NCBI GenBank assembly: GCA_963803145.1
Contig: CAWDLW010000025.1
Coordinates: forward strand, 32,001-96,000
DNA: 64,000 nucleotides
Direction of reading: 5' to 3'
Source: Methanotrichaceae archaeon
Lineage (GTDB): Archaea; Halobacteriota; Methanosarcinia; Methanotrichales; Methanotrichaceae
Shown: in pieces, positions 10,789-20,250 of the stretch
Position numbering within the stretch: position 1 is the first letter of the stretch
Layout: each line of letters opens with the position of its first letter
Notes under the pieces: generated by a model
Told to the model about the DNA's origin: nothing
Databases searched by the model: none
Seen by the model: only the letters and a program-made list of their open reading frames with translations
Position numbers and translations under genes: made by a program

Positions 10789-12003
10789 TTAAGCATAAGC
10801 CTTCTCGCCATGCTGGGAGATATCGAGTCCTACGTACTCTTCTTCTTCGCTTACCCTAAGGCCCAGTGTTGCGTCCACAATCTTTGCCAGCACAAAGGTC
10901 ATCACGAATGCGTAGATCACCGATGCTCCGGCGGCCATGATTTGAACCAGGAACTGGTGGCTGTTTCCATAAAGCAGCCCAGAGAAGCCGTTGATTGCAG
11001 GGCTAGCGAATATGCCCGTTGCGATTGCTCCCCATAGTCCGCCGGTGCCGTGTACTGCCCAGGCATCGCAGCTCTCATCGAGTCCTCTGCCGACACGGAA
11101 GAGCAGAGCTGTGTAGCACAGGACTCCAGCTATACCGCCAATGACTATTGCGGCCATCATATCGACATAACCTGCAGCTGGCGTTATAGCCACTAGTCCA
11201 GCTATAGCTCCGCTGACCATTCCAAGCGCGCTGGGTTTTCCCTTCATCCAGCTTGCTGCCATCCAGGTCAATGCGCCTGCAGCGGCAGCTGTGTTTGTAA
11301 CGGCGAAGGCTGAAGCTGCCAGGCCGTTTGCCGCCAAAGCTGAGCCTGAGTTGAACCCGAACCACCCGAACCAGAGTAGGCCGGCACCTATCATAGCCAT
11401 TGGAATGTTATGCGGCTCCATGACATACGATCCAAAGCCGATCCTCTTGCCTATCACCAGTGCTATTGCCAGTGCAGAGAAGCCTGAGCTAATATGCACG
11501 ACTGTGCCGCCTGCAAAGTCCAGGGCCCCGAGCTGAGCTGACCAGCCGCCAGCCCAGACCCAGTGAGCCAGAGGGTCGTAGACAATGGTCGTCCAGAGCA
11601 GGGCCAGTACTATGAAGGAGCTGAGTTTGACCCTCTCGGCCACTGCTGAAGTGAGTATGGCCAATGTTACTGCAGCGAATACAAGCTGGAACATCATATA
11701 GACGATATGGGGAATATTTCCGGCCAGGGGCGCTGGGTCCATGCCAACGCCGTGCATTCCTATGAAGTTTAACCCGCCTATGACTCCAGAGATATCTGTG
11801 CCGAATGCAAGGCTGTATCCGAAGAGCACCCACTGGATGGATGCCAAAGCGAAGGCCAGGAAAGAGAGGCCTATCATCGAGACGACGGTCTTGCTCCTGA
11901 CGAGGCCGCCGTAGAATAATCCTACACCTGGGGTCATCAGCATTACCAATGCTGTGGCCGCCAGGACCCATGCTGTGTCTCCACTGTTTAGAACCAACTG
12001 CAT
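10789..12003 (-). CDS. amtB: Ammonium transporter
   Basis: [34 protein letters not shown] motifs; start approximate (ATG 12003 or TTG 11997). Confidence 0.95.
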   Translation of the reverse strand: MQLVLNSGDTAWVLAATALVMLMTPGVGLFYGGLVRSKTVVSMIGLSFLAFALASIQWVLFGYSLAFGTDISGVIGGLNFIGMHGVGMDPAPLAGNIPHIVYMMFQLVFAAVTLAILTSAVAERVKLSSFIVLALLWTTIVYDPLAHWVWAGGWSAQLGALDFAGGTVVHISSGFSALAIALVIGKRIGFGSYVMEPHNIPMAMIGAGLLWFGWFGFNSGSALAANGLAASAFAVTNTAAAAGALTWMAASWMKGKPSALGMVSGAIAGLVAITPAAGYVDMMAAIVIGGIAGVLCYTALLFRVGRGLDESCDAWAVHGTGGLWGAIATGIFASPAINGFSGLLYGNSHQFLVQIMAAGASVIYAFVMTFVLAKIVDATLGLRVSEEEEYVGLDISQHGEKAYA

Positions 12004-12386
12004 CACCTTTGAATTATTATCGTTATGGAACGGAAGCTCTATTGTATGGGCACCTCTGAGCTTCAAGCTTAAGCCTTAAGCTTCAGAGCTGAGATGCCCC
12101 TAAAGCTTCGCAATATCACCCAGACTTGAGCAGTTAAAAGGGTATTTGATATAATTTCTGAAGTTCTATGATCCAATATGATTTGCTGAGAATTGTTCAT
12201 ACAAGTTAAGAACTGATGGTGTTTTCACTTCCTTGATGTACCCGGAATCTCAAGAGTAAAATGATCAAATACGAGACACAAAGAACGTCTATGATAAGGG
12301 ATTGCATCAAATAATCGTAAGAGGCCGTGTGTAGAACTAAACAGGAGTATACTCGCCCAATCTTGCCTAACCCTGTTCATTCTAAC

Positions 12387-13250
12387 TTATTCAGGCCTTC
12401 TGGTGGGCCTCCTGGCAGCCACCTCCAACATGCCCATCCCTACGTATGCCAATCCATCTTTAAGCGGGTGCCGCTCCAGATACCTATCTGAGATCTCCCG
12501 TATAAACTGCGGCCTCATCTCCTCAGGGATACGCTCGGTGACGGAAAGCCACGTAGTGCGGATGAAGCCTTCCAGTCCGGCCCTTCCTGGCAGCACCAAA
12601 TCCTTGATTGTCAGATCCGCCTTGAGTTCCTCAAGGCCTGCCTGATCCAGCCAGGCGTGATACTCCTCAGGGCCATAGATCCCGTGGGGGTTGGAGTATC
12701 CTCTGAAGTATCTGGACCACATCTCGCTCCTGATGACCGCTCTTGTCAGGTCGAAGATATTGCCTTCTGCTCCATCACTTCTGCCGCTGCACTGAATGAT
12801 CATACGTCCTCCGGGCTTGAGGCTGCGCTCTATGCCCTTGAGAACTGCCAGGTGATCCTTGATCCAGTGGAGGCAGGCGAAAGATGTGATCAAATCGAAC
12901 TCATGATGGTAGTTCAGGTTAAGGGCGTCTCCTGTCTCGAAGCTGAGATTGGCGTAAGAGGATAGTGATGGAGTAAATGGAAATTGATTATATGGAGCAG
13001 ATGATGATGAAATGGATGATGATAATATTCTCTGGCGGGCGAAGGCTATCATCTCATCAGAGCTGTCTATTCCCAGCACCTTGCCGCGAGGAACCATGGC
13101 TGCCATCTTTAAGGTGATCTTGCCGTCTCCGCAGCCGATATCCAGGATGTGCTCGTCTCCTTTGAGATCAAGCTTTGAGAGAACGGCTAATGCTGCCCTC
13201 TCCTGGGCGGAGGAGTTTTTCTCGTAGTCGCTGGGGTTCCATTGATGCAT
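12387..13250 (-). CDS. Class I SAM-dependent methyltransferase (Tam-like)
   Basis: WNPSDY, LDIGCGDG, SFACLHW, LKPGG motifs. Confidence 0.88.
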   Translation of the reverse strand: MHQWNPSDYEKNSSAQERAALAVLSKLDLKGDEHILDIGCGDGKITLKMAAMVPRGKVLGIDSSDEMIAFARQRILSSSISSSSAPYNQFPFTPSLSSYANLSFETGDALNLNYHHEFDLITSFACLHWIKDHLAVLKGIERSLKPGGRMIIQCSGRSDGAEGNIFDLTRAVIRSEMWSRYFRGYSNPHGIYGPEEYHAWLDQAGLEELKADLTIKDLVLPGRAGLEGFIRTTWLSVTERIPEEMRPQFIREISDRYLERHPLKDGLAYVGMGMLEVAARRPTRRPE

Positions 13251-14069
13251 GAGATCTATCGAAACTGAGGGCGCTTAAATAAATATGGTCTAGGATTTTC
13301 TGACGTTCATGTGAGTCAATAAGTAAATGAGGTAAAAGAAAAAAGACTTAAATAGCTAATCATTATTTATCATAAGCCAGAGTTAAAAAATTTGCAGTAA
13401 GTGGAATAAACTAAGGGTAATAAACGAGGGATAATAAATGAGGGGTAATAAATTAGGCATAATAAGCCTATTTGCAATATTGGTTGTTGTGACCGTACCA
13501 TTTGGACTCGCTAGACCATCTCTTCCGACAATCCCCGGAGCAGCGGATTCGCAATTAGCCAATAAGATAGATTTTAGTTCACCATCTGTTCCGACACTTC
13601 CCGCAGCAGCGAATTCGCAAATAGCTAACATGTTAGGACCTGATTCATCATCCGATCCTGGGACGGGGACTCTCGAACCAACAGGATCTGAACCGGGAGG
13701 AGAATCAGGCTTGGACTTGGGTACAGGGAGCGAAGGCATAACAGTTCCAGAAGAATCGATCATAGTAACTGTAGCGGGACAAGAGCTTCCCTTGGAAAAA
13801 TATCAGACGTATGGAAGTAATGCCCTTTGGATTGAAGGTACGCAGGGCTGGACGCAATATACAAGTGTTCCGCAGTATTCAGATATGTCTCTCATTGTCT
13901 ACACGCCCACCGGAGGCCAAGGGGCCATCTATGAGATGTATCCGAACCAGGGTTACCAAGGAAGCTACACGATTAATATCTATAACTTCTCTCCTGGGTA
14001 CAATCGATTGGGATTCCGTGGAAATATTCCTGGCAGACATATCCTGAGTTTATCAATGAACAAACAGTC

Positions 14070-15207
14070 GAGGATTCCTATAAACCTACCCCCTGCTTTA
14101 GCATCGAAAGTGTTAAATACAGCAAATAGTATTTATTGTTATGGATTCTTTTACTACTTGGGTATTGAAAGGTCTAAATGCAAAGCAAGAGGAGTCTAAA
14201 TTAGCTCAAGTATCTGGATTGATCAATTGGGTTCCCTTTCGTCCTCTTCTGGAAGGGATGTATACTAATAAGACCGAGAAGGGAGGAAGGCCCAACTGTG
14301 ATGTTATTCTAATGTTCAGGATCCTGATTCTCCAGCAGTGGTATGGCCTGAGCGATCTGGCTGTTGAACGGCAAATGGCTGATCGCATATCATTTATGGC
14401 ATTTCTTGGTTTTCCTGATCAGTTCCCTGATTCCAGAACTATATGGTCATTCAAAGAACGAATGGCGGAGACAGGAACAGATAGGCTTGTTTGGGCTGAA
14501 CTTCAAAGACAGTTGGATGCAAAAGGATTGAAGATCAGACGCGGAATTGTTCAGGATGCTACCTTTATAGAAGCAGATCCAGGATCATCGGAGTCAAAGA
14601 AACCACGTGGCGATGAGGCTAAGACACGTCGCAGCAAGGATGGCACATGGGCTAAGAAAGGCAATGAAACTCACTTCGGATATAAGTTACATCAAATAAC
14701 TGATATCGATTACAGCCTAATACGTGATATAGAGACCTCGACTGCATCACTGCATGACAGTCAGGTTGATCTCTCTATCCCTGGCGTGCCAGTTTTCAGA
14801 GATAGAGGATATTTCGGTGTGAAGGCCAAAGGTATTGATTTTACAATGAAGCGCAGGACTACTGATAAACCTCTTTCTGATCTTGATAAAGAACGCAATC
14901 AGTTGATCAGTATCCTCAGATCGCCTGGCGAAAGGCCCCATGCTGTAATCAAGAGGGTTTTCGAGGCTGGAAGAGTGCTTGTTACATCAGTCAGAAGAGT
15001 GCATGTGAAAATGATAGTTACCGCTTTCGCTTTTAACTTGTATCAGCTTTGTACTCTTAAAAAGGCAAATGTCATTTAGGGATAGCGGATGCTATCGAGA
15101 ATTAACTGAAAAAAAACAGGTTAGACCAAGAATAGCGAACATCGTAAGGCAAATCTAGAGTCGATTTAAAAAAACCGCCCTTAGGATACAAGTAAATAGG
15201 AATCCTC
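14070..15207 (+). mobile_element. IS5-family insertion sequence
   Basis: Perfect 12-bp terminal inverted repeat GAGGATTCCTAT / ATAGGAATCCTC; 4-bp target duplication AGTC (14066-14069, 15208-15211). Confidence 0.92.
14141..15079 (+). CDS. IS5-family transposase
   Basis: GGRP, LQQWYGLSD, PDSRTIW, QDATF, HFGYKLH, DRGY motifs. Confidence 0.93.
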   Translation: MDSFTTWVLKGLNAKQEESKLAQVSGLINWVPFRPLLEGMYTNKTEKGGRPNCDVILMFRILILQQWYGLSDLAVERQMADRISFMAFLGFPDQFPDSRTIWSFKERMAETGTDRLVWAELQRQLDAKGLKIRRGIVQDATFIEADPGSSESKKPRGDEAKTRRSKDGTWAKKGNETHFGYKLHQITDIDYSLIRDIETSTASLHDSQVDLSIPGVPVFRDRGYFGVKAKGIDFTMKRRTTDKPLSDLDKERNQLISILRSPGERPHAVIKRVFEAGRVLVTSVRRVHVKMIVTAFAFNLYQLCTLKKANVI

Positions 15208-15386
15208 AGTCAAGCAACAATATAATAATAGATGTGCAAGGCGGTACGACCTCAACTGCAAGTATGTACCCTACACAGGGATTAGGTACGACTAGCTTCC
15301 AGGTCGGTGTGTCAAATATAGCCCTACCATAGATACCTAGGAACGCTAACATTTTTTTGGATATCATAGATCTTACTAAAATTGTT

Positions 15387-15477
15387 CCCCGCTTGCGGGG
15401 TCAGGGGCAAGCCCGCGCGGCGTCTGAGCGCGCCCGTTAACCATTAGCGCGCGAGATCCACAGACGCGCGGTGCCCC
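15387..15477. repeat. GC-rich nested palindromic element of unknown type
   Basis: CCCCGC-TT-GCGGGG hairpin, then nested stems GGGGCA/TGCCCC, GCGTCTG/CAGACGC and GCGCGC/GCGCGC, set in AT-rich DNA. Confidence 0.55.
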
Positions 15478-15546
15478 AGAAAGTCAGCAGTTTGTTGTTG
15501 TATAATGCCGCAATGAGTTCCTCCAGCTAAATAGCGATTACTTCAC

Positions 15547-16113
15547 TTGATTGGTATATCCTTGGAGGAAACGGATAATAACTTTATGAAGCTTGTAAAT
15601 AAATTTATAATGACCACACTCTTTGGCGGATCAGCTCTTTCTAACTCGATTATTCTAAAGGTTATAGGAACTGGTTGTATTAGCGGTGGTAGTGATGCTG
15701 AAGCTTCTTTTGAAGCTAAAGTTCCTGGAATTACTATTCCTGTTGTTCCTGGGGTTCCTATACCAATAAGTCTTGGAAATGCGGGAATTAAATTAGAGGG
15801 TGTATCCAAAAAGAATGTTGGATTTTATCTGACATCAAAATCCGGCCTTACTCCCTTTATGACGCTTTATGGTATTCGTAAGTGGTCGCCACTCCATCTC
15901 AACGGCCCTAATGAGATGTTTACTCAACTAACTGCAATGTATCTAAGAGATCAATTCACATACGGGCCAGAAACTTTAGACGATAAAAATACATATATGT
16001 TACAAAGGCACCCTTTCACGCGCCAGATTTTATGTTTACGTGCGAAGGTACTATTTGATAACGTCTATACAATTAGTGGATTAACAAAATGCTATCATAT
16101 ACTGATTGAATAA
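15547..16113 (+). CDS. Hypothetical protein (AT-rich, no recognisable motif)
   Basis: 188-codon ORF (ATG alternative near 15586 behind a GGAGG); convergent with the ubiquitin-fusion gene; may be a fragment. Confidence 0.4.
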   Translation: MIGISLEETDNNFMKLVNKFIMTTLFGGSALSNSIILKVIGTGCISGGSDAEASFEAKVPGITIPVVPGVPIPISLGNAGIKLEGVSKKNVGFYLTSKSGLTPFMTLYGIRKWSPLHLNGPNEMFTQLTAMYLRDQFTYGPETLDDKNTYMLQRHPFTRQILCLRAKVLFDNVYTISGLTKCYHILIE

Positions 16114-16141
16114 AAATAAAAAAGAAGATCAGAACAAACTC

Positions 16142-17155
16142 TTACACGCATGGCAGCCAATCAACGCTGATTGAGCCGCATGTGGAGTTGCCCCAGAGCT
16201 GGATGAACTTCTCTATCGAGAAGACACCAGTCAAGTCTTCAACAGACCTGCCATACTCTGCGTGACGTCCCTTGAGCGTGTTCGGCGCGTTTGCTGCTGG
16301 ATCTCGGGATAGCCATCCGATATGAGCAACGCCTATGACGTTGCTGTTCAGATTGGCCTCGAGAACACCTGTACAGCAGGTTGGGCAAGATGGCCCTTCA
16401 TTAATGTTGCCGCCTGTCTCAGCGTTTATGCCGTATCCTCTTGTCTTGACCTCGGTTGTCTTCTGCAGGTGCTCTGCATGGGTGTATATCTCTGTCAGAA
16501 CTGCGCCGATCCTGTAGTTCTGGACGCACAGCTTCTCAATCCACTTCTGGTCGTATTGACCGGTCTGGTATGAGACAGGCATGTACTCGAACTCTGCATC
16601 CTTGGTGAAGTTGATGTAATCCATCTTGCAGTTCGTGTCAGCATAAGTACAGCTATAAGACAGAGGGTATTGGTTAGTATCAAGCTGTCTCTCAGCCTCG
16701 AGCTCAGTCCTCTCTATGATAACGTTGCCGGAACCTGACTCCTTCTCTACTAACTTCTGGCCGGAAAATCCATACTGCGTAGATATGATCGTCTCTACGT
16801 TCTTGTATCCTACGCCCTTTACGCTTGCCTTCTCGTACATGTAATTGCCATTGCCAAACGCCGCCTGATCTAAGCCTAAATGGAGGATCGAATCCTCCTG
16901 AATGTTATAGTCATTTAGGGTAAGGGCATCATCGAGTTGTTTGTCGGCAAAAATTAGACGCTGCTGGTTTGGTGGGATTCCTTCTTTATCCTGAATCTTC
17001 GCCTTGACTTGAGCGATGGTATCAGTAGGTTCCACCTCTAGTGAGATAGTCTTACCTGTCAAAGTCTTTATAAATATTTGCATCGCCACTGAATCAAGTG
17101 TAAACCCAAACAACAGAATAAAGACCAGCAGTAGACCGATTAACCTCCTAGTCAC
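16142..17155 (-). CDS. Signal peptide + eukaryote-like ubiquitin domain + Cys-containing C-terminal domain of unknown function
   Basis: aa 25-100 (17083-16856) [18 protein letters not shown]...SILHL aligns without gaps to ubiquitin; preceded by a 24-aa signal peptide ending SVA; no Gly-Gly. Confidence 0.9.
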   Translation of the reverse strand: MTRRLIGLLLVFILLFGFTLDSVAMQIFIKTLTGKTISLEVEPTDTIAQVKAKIQDKEGIPPNQQRLIFADKQLDDALTLNDYNIQEDSILHLGLDQAAFGNGNYMYEKASVKGVGYKNVETIISTQYGFSGQKLVEKESGSGNVIIERTELEAERQLDTNQYPLSYSCTYADTNCKMDYINFTKDAEFEYMPVSYQTGQYDQKWIEKLCVQNYRIGAVLTEIYTHAEHLQKTTEVKTRGYGINAETGGNINEGPSCPTCCTGVLEANLNSNVIGVAHIGWLSRDPAANAPNTLKGRHAEYGRSVEDLTGVFSIEKFIQLWGNSTCGSISVDWLPCV

Positions 17156-17213
17156 TATCCGTCCCCCCTAATCCAAGTGTATCTGGCTATATGGATTACA
17201 TTATTCATATTTA

Positions 17214-18296
17214 TAGTTAATCCACGTAATTTTTACCTCATAGATACCCTTAAATAATTAATATACGATATAGCCGTTCATGGGCAGGAAACCTGTAATT
17301 GTAAGACATATCTCGAAGGTAGAATTAGATCAATTGTATAAAGATGAGAGAAACATAAGAATTAAAGAACGGCTACTAGCGATAATACATTTATACGAAG
17401 GAAAGAATGTATATATAGTAGCTGATATTCTTAAACGAAGTGAAAAGACAATAAAGAATTGGCTAAGCGATTGGAACAAACAAGGATATGATGGATTGAT
17501 ACCACAGAATAGAAACGGCAAAGAACCAATGATATCTTTTGATGAATGGGATAAAATTATCGAAGAGATTGAGGACAAAGGAATGACTATAAAAGAGGTA
17601 ATAAAATATGCAAAAGACACAAGAGGCGTAGAATATTCGTATAAAGGTGGTTGGAAGATTTTAAGATCAATAAAGAAAGTCAAATATGGTAAACCATATA
17701 TTAGAAATAATAAGAGGCCTGTTAATGCAGAAAGTTTTCTAAAAAAAGGATAGATTCAGTAATAACAACAGTCAAAGAACCTATTATTGGATTCCTTGAT
17801 GAAAGCTCTTTGCAACAGCGACCTAATACACGCAGGGTTTTAAACACCCATATGCTAAATTATCAACCTGGAAAAGTTAGGTCTAGAACTGTTTTTGGGT
17901 TCATTGCATTGAATGGAAATGATGAAGTTATGGTCTCTCACTCATCCAAGAAAGAAGATTTAATGATCTTCGCCCAAAAATTGAGAAGTAACAATATTAT
18001 GAGACCAATATGTATTGTCCTAGATAATGCTAGAATACATCTAGCTAAGAAGTTTAGGGCATTAGCCCACGAACTTGATATCCATTTAATATATAACGTG
18101 CCATATTCCCCTGATTTAAATCCTATAGAGTTCGGTTGGAAGGATTTTAAAAGAGAGATATCAAAATATACTGATTTTGATGAAGCTATTGAGGATGCCC
18201 AAGATTGCGCTTTACAAATATTTTATTCCAATAAAGATGGATACTCTAAGTCTTGGATAAAGCAGTTTATAAGGTAAAAAGTTGGGAGAATGACTA
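17214..18296 (+). mobile_element. IS630-family insertion sequence
   Basis: Imperfect terminal repeats TAGTTAATCCACGTAATTTTTACCT / AGGTAAAAAGTTGGGAGAATGACTA, TA on both sides (17212-13, 18297-98); low GC. Confidence 0.88.
17280..18277 (+). CDS. IS630 transposase in two ORFs joined by a probable programmed -1 frameshift
   Basis: HTH ORF 17280-17753; A7G run at 17741-17748; the -1 frame gives ...IGFLDES...VLDNARIH...YSPDLNPIE (DDE triad). Confidence 0.88.
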
Positions 18297-18451
18297 TAGT
18301 TTATCGTTAAACATTGTATGAAGGATTAAAAAAAGTCAAATAGGCGCACACGCTGCAAGCTGGGACCTTTCAGTTAGATGCAGTCAGATGATTTTTCGAT
18401 CTGACCAGCAAAAATCAAAGATCAAAAATAGTTGGGATAAAGGGCGCTAAT

Positions 18452-18790
18452 TCAAACCGCGCTGCACCCTCTTTCCTTCGTCCTCACTCGAACAACATCC
18501 TCCACAGTATAGATGAAAATTTTGCCGTCTCCAGCCTCGCCGGTGTGTGCAGTTTCGCAGATTGTATCGATCACCGTCTCTGCATCCGCGTCATCCACAA
18601 CAAGCTCCAATTTTATTTTTGGCAGGAACTCGACTCTATAGTCTCCCGCACGCCACTGAAGAGCAATGCCCTTCTGCCTTCCTCGGCCCTTGACCTCAAT
18701 GGCGGTCATTCCCGAGAAGCCTTTTGCATCCAGCTTTTCCCTAAGAAGGTTCAGCTTCTCAGGCCGAATTATCGCCTCAATCTTCTTCAT
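18452..18790 (-). CDS. glnK: P-II nitrogen regulator
   Basis: [28 protein letters not shown]; 112 aa; follows amt. Confidence 0.95.
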   Translation of the reverse strand: MKKIEAIIRPEKLNLLREKLDAKGFSGMTAIEVKGRGRQKGIALQWRAGDYRVEFLPKIKLELVVDDADAETVIDTICETAHTGEAGDGKIFIYTVEDVVRVRTKERGCSAV

Positions 18791-18799
18791 GTCTAAACC

Positions 18800-20062
18800 T
18801 CAAGAGTAAGCTCCTTCTCCGTGCTGGCTGATGTCGAGTCCAACGGACTCCTCCTCATCCTTGACCCTGATGCCCATGACTGCATCTATGGCCTTGGCGA
18901 TGCCGAAGGTTACTACAAATGAGTAAATCCAGACGCTTACGATTGCAATTATCTGCACAACCACCTGATGCGCATTTCCTGCAAAGAGCCCGGCTGATCC
19001 GATGCTTGCGAAAAACCCTGTTGCAAGGACGCCCCAGGTGCTGCCCATGCCGTGGCATGCGAGCACATCAAGAGAGTCATCTACCTTCTTGCTGCCTCTT
19101 ATGATGAGAATTGCATAGTAACCTACAATAGCAGCGCCTACACCTATGGGAATTGCCGCCAAAGGCGTAACGAAGCCTGATGCAGGAGTGATCGCCGCAA
19201 GTCCAGCCACTGCACCTGTGACTATTCCCAGGGCGCTGGGGGCTCTATGCCTCCATGAGAGTATCATCCATGTTGTGGCTGCGGCAGCTGCTGCAGTGTT
19301 TGTAGTGACAAAGGCATTTGCAGCTATGCCATTTGCTGCAAGGGCCGATCCTGCATTGAACCCAAACCATCCGAACCAGAGCAGGGCAGCGCCCATGACC
19401 GTCGTAGGTATATTATGCGGTTCCATTGGGTCAGTCCCAAAGCCCTTTCTTGCCCCGACAACCATAGCTACCGCGAGCGCTGCAACTCCTGCGCTTATGT
19501 GTACAACGAGGCCGCCCGCAAAGTCCAGTACACCTAATTGAGTCAACCATCCTCCTCCCCAGACCCAATGAGCTATTGGATCGTAGACAAGGGTAGCCCA
19601 TGCGAGGGAAAAGATCAGGAATGAGCTGAACTTTATTCGCTCGACAAAGCTTCCAGTGATGAGTGAAACGGTTATCACGGCGAACATTGCCTGGAAGATC
19701 ATGAACGTGAGACCTGGTATTGTAAGGCCCTCTTTCACATCTATGCCGACTCCACTTAAGCCCAGGTGTTCAAGGCCGCCTATGATTCCGCCGATATCCT
19801 TTCCAAAGGCTAAAGTGTAGCCGAGGAGAATCCATTGAAGGCTTATTATGCCCATGATTGCAAAGCTGAATATTATCGTCGATATGGCATTCTTTTTCCG
19901 AACCATTCCCCCGTAAAATAGCCCCACTCCTGGAATCATTATGAGTACAAGGGCCGCACTGATGAGCACCCAGGCATTATCTGCAGCATTTATCTGCCCG
20001 GTATCTGCAGATGCTGTGCCCAATAGAGCAGCCAATAATAGCAATAGCCAAACTGCACGCAT
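18800..20062 (-). CDS. amtB: Ammonium transporter with signal-peptide-like N-terminus
   Basis: [38 protein letters not shown] motifs. Confidence 0.95.
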   Translation of the reverse strand: MRAVWLLLLLAALLGTASADTGQINAADNAWVLISAALVLIMIPGVGLFYGGMVRKKNAISTIIFSFAIMGIISLQWILLGYTLAFGKDIGGIIGGLEHLGLSGVGIDVKEGLTIPGLTFMIFQAMFAVITVSLITGSFVERIKFSSFLIFSLAWATLVYDPIAHWVWGGGWLTQLGVLDFAGGLVVHISAGVAALAVAMVVGARKGFGTDPMEPHNIPTTVMGAALLWFGWFGFNAGSALAANGIAANAFVTTNTAAAAAATTWMILSWRHRAPSALGIVTGAVAGLAAITPASGFVTPLAAIPIGVGAAIVGYYAILIIRGSKKVDDSLDVLACHGMGSTWGVLATGFFASIGSAGLFAGNAHQVVVQIIAIVSVWIYSFVVTFGIAKAIDAVMGIRVKDEEESVGLDISQHGEGAYS

Positions 20063-20190
20063 TGTTACCACCAATTGATATGAAAAATTGCTATTTAATA
20101 AGCGTGTTTAGGAAAAGATATGTAAAATTCATAGAAATTATGATAAATTATGATCGCGGCTGAATTAAAGGTTTAAGGCCAGATGCTGCA

Positions 20191-20250
20191 AACTATCAAT
20201 TAGCCAACTATCAGCTAGCCAACTATCAGCTAGCCAACTATCAACCGGCT
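20191..20250. repeat. 15-bp tandem repeat (AACTATCAGCTAGCC) x about 4
   Basis: Two exact and two degenerate copies, directly after the stop codon of the minus-strand gene 20250-21557. Confidence 0.85.

Larger units (their letters stand above)
13438..15332 (+). pseudogene. Exported hypothetical protein interrupted by an IS5-family element
   Basis: Removing 14070-15211 restores an open frame ...MNKQSSNNIIIDVQGG...NIALP* ending at TAG 15330-15332; signal peptide at the N-terminus. Confidence 0.8.

Noticed and set aside
12004-12390. NrpR operator (GGAA-N6-TTCC) upstream of the amt genes
   Set aside because: No convincing match found by eye here or at 20063-20190.
12940-13030. Ser-rich insertion in the methyltransferase as an intein or mobile insert
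   Set aside because: About 20 aa of low-complexity sequence with no splicing motifs or flanking repeats; most likely a loop expansion.
14070-14199. C-terminus of the listed 253-aa ORF as genuine protein sequence
   Set aside because: It is read-through into the IS5 left end.
15356-15385. Chromosomal dif site
   Set aside because: Only one arm resembles archaeal dif sequences and the two arms are not inverted repeats.
17741-17810. IS630 transposase as a broken pseudogene
   Set aside because: The split falls at an A7G slippery run typical of programmed -1 frameshifting in this family, and the DDE motifs are intact.
15547-18296. A eukaryote-like ubiquitin conjugation operon (E1/E2/E3/JAB)
   Set aside because: No E1, E2, RING or JAB gene is recognisable nearby, and the ubiquitin lacks Gly-Gly and follows a signal peptide.
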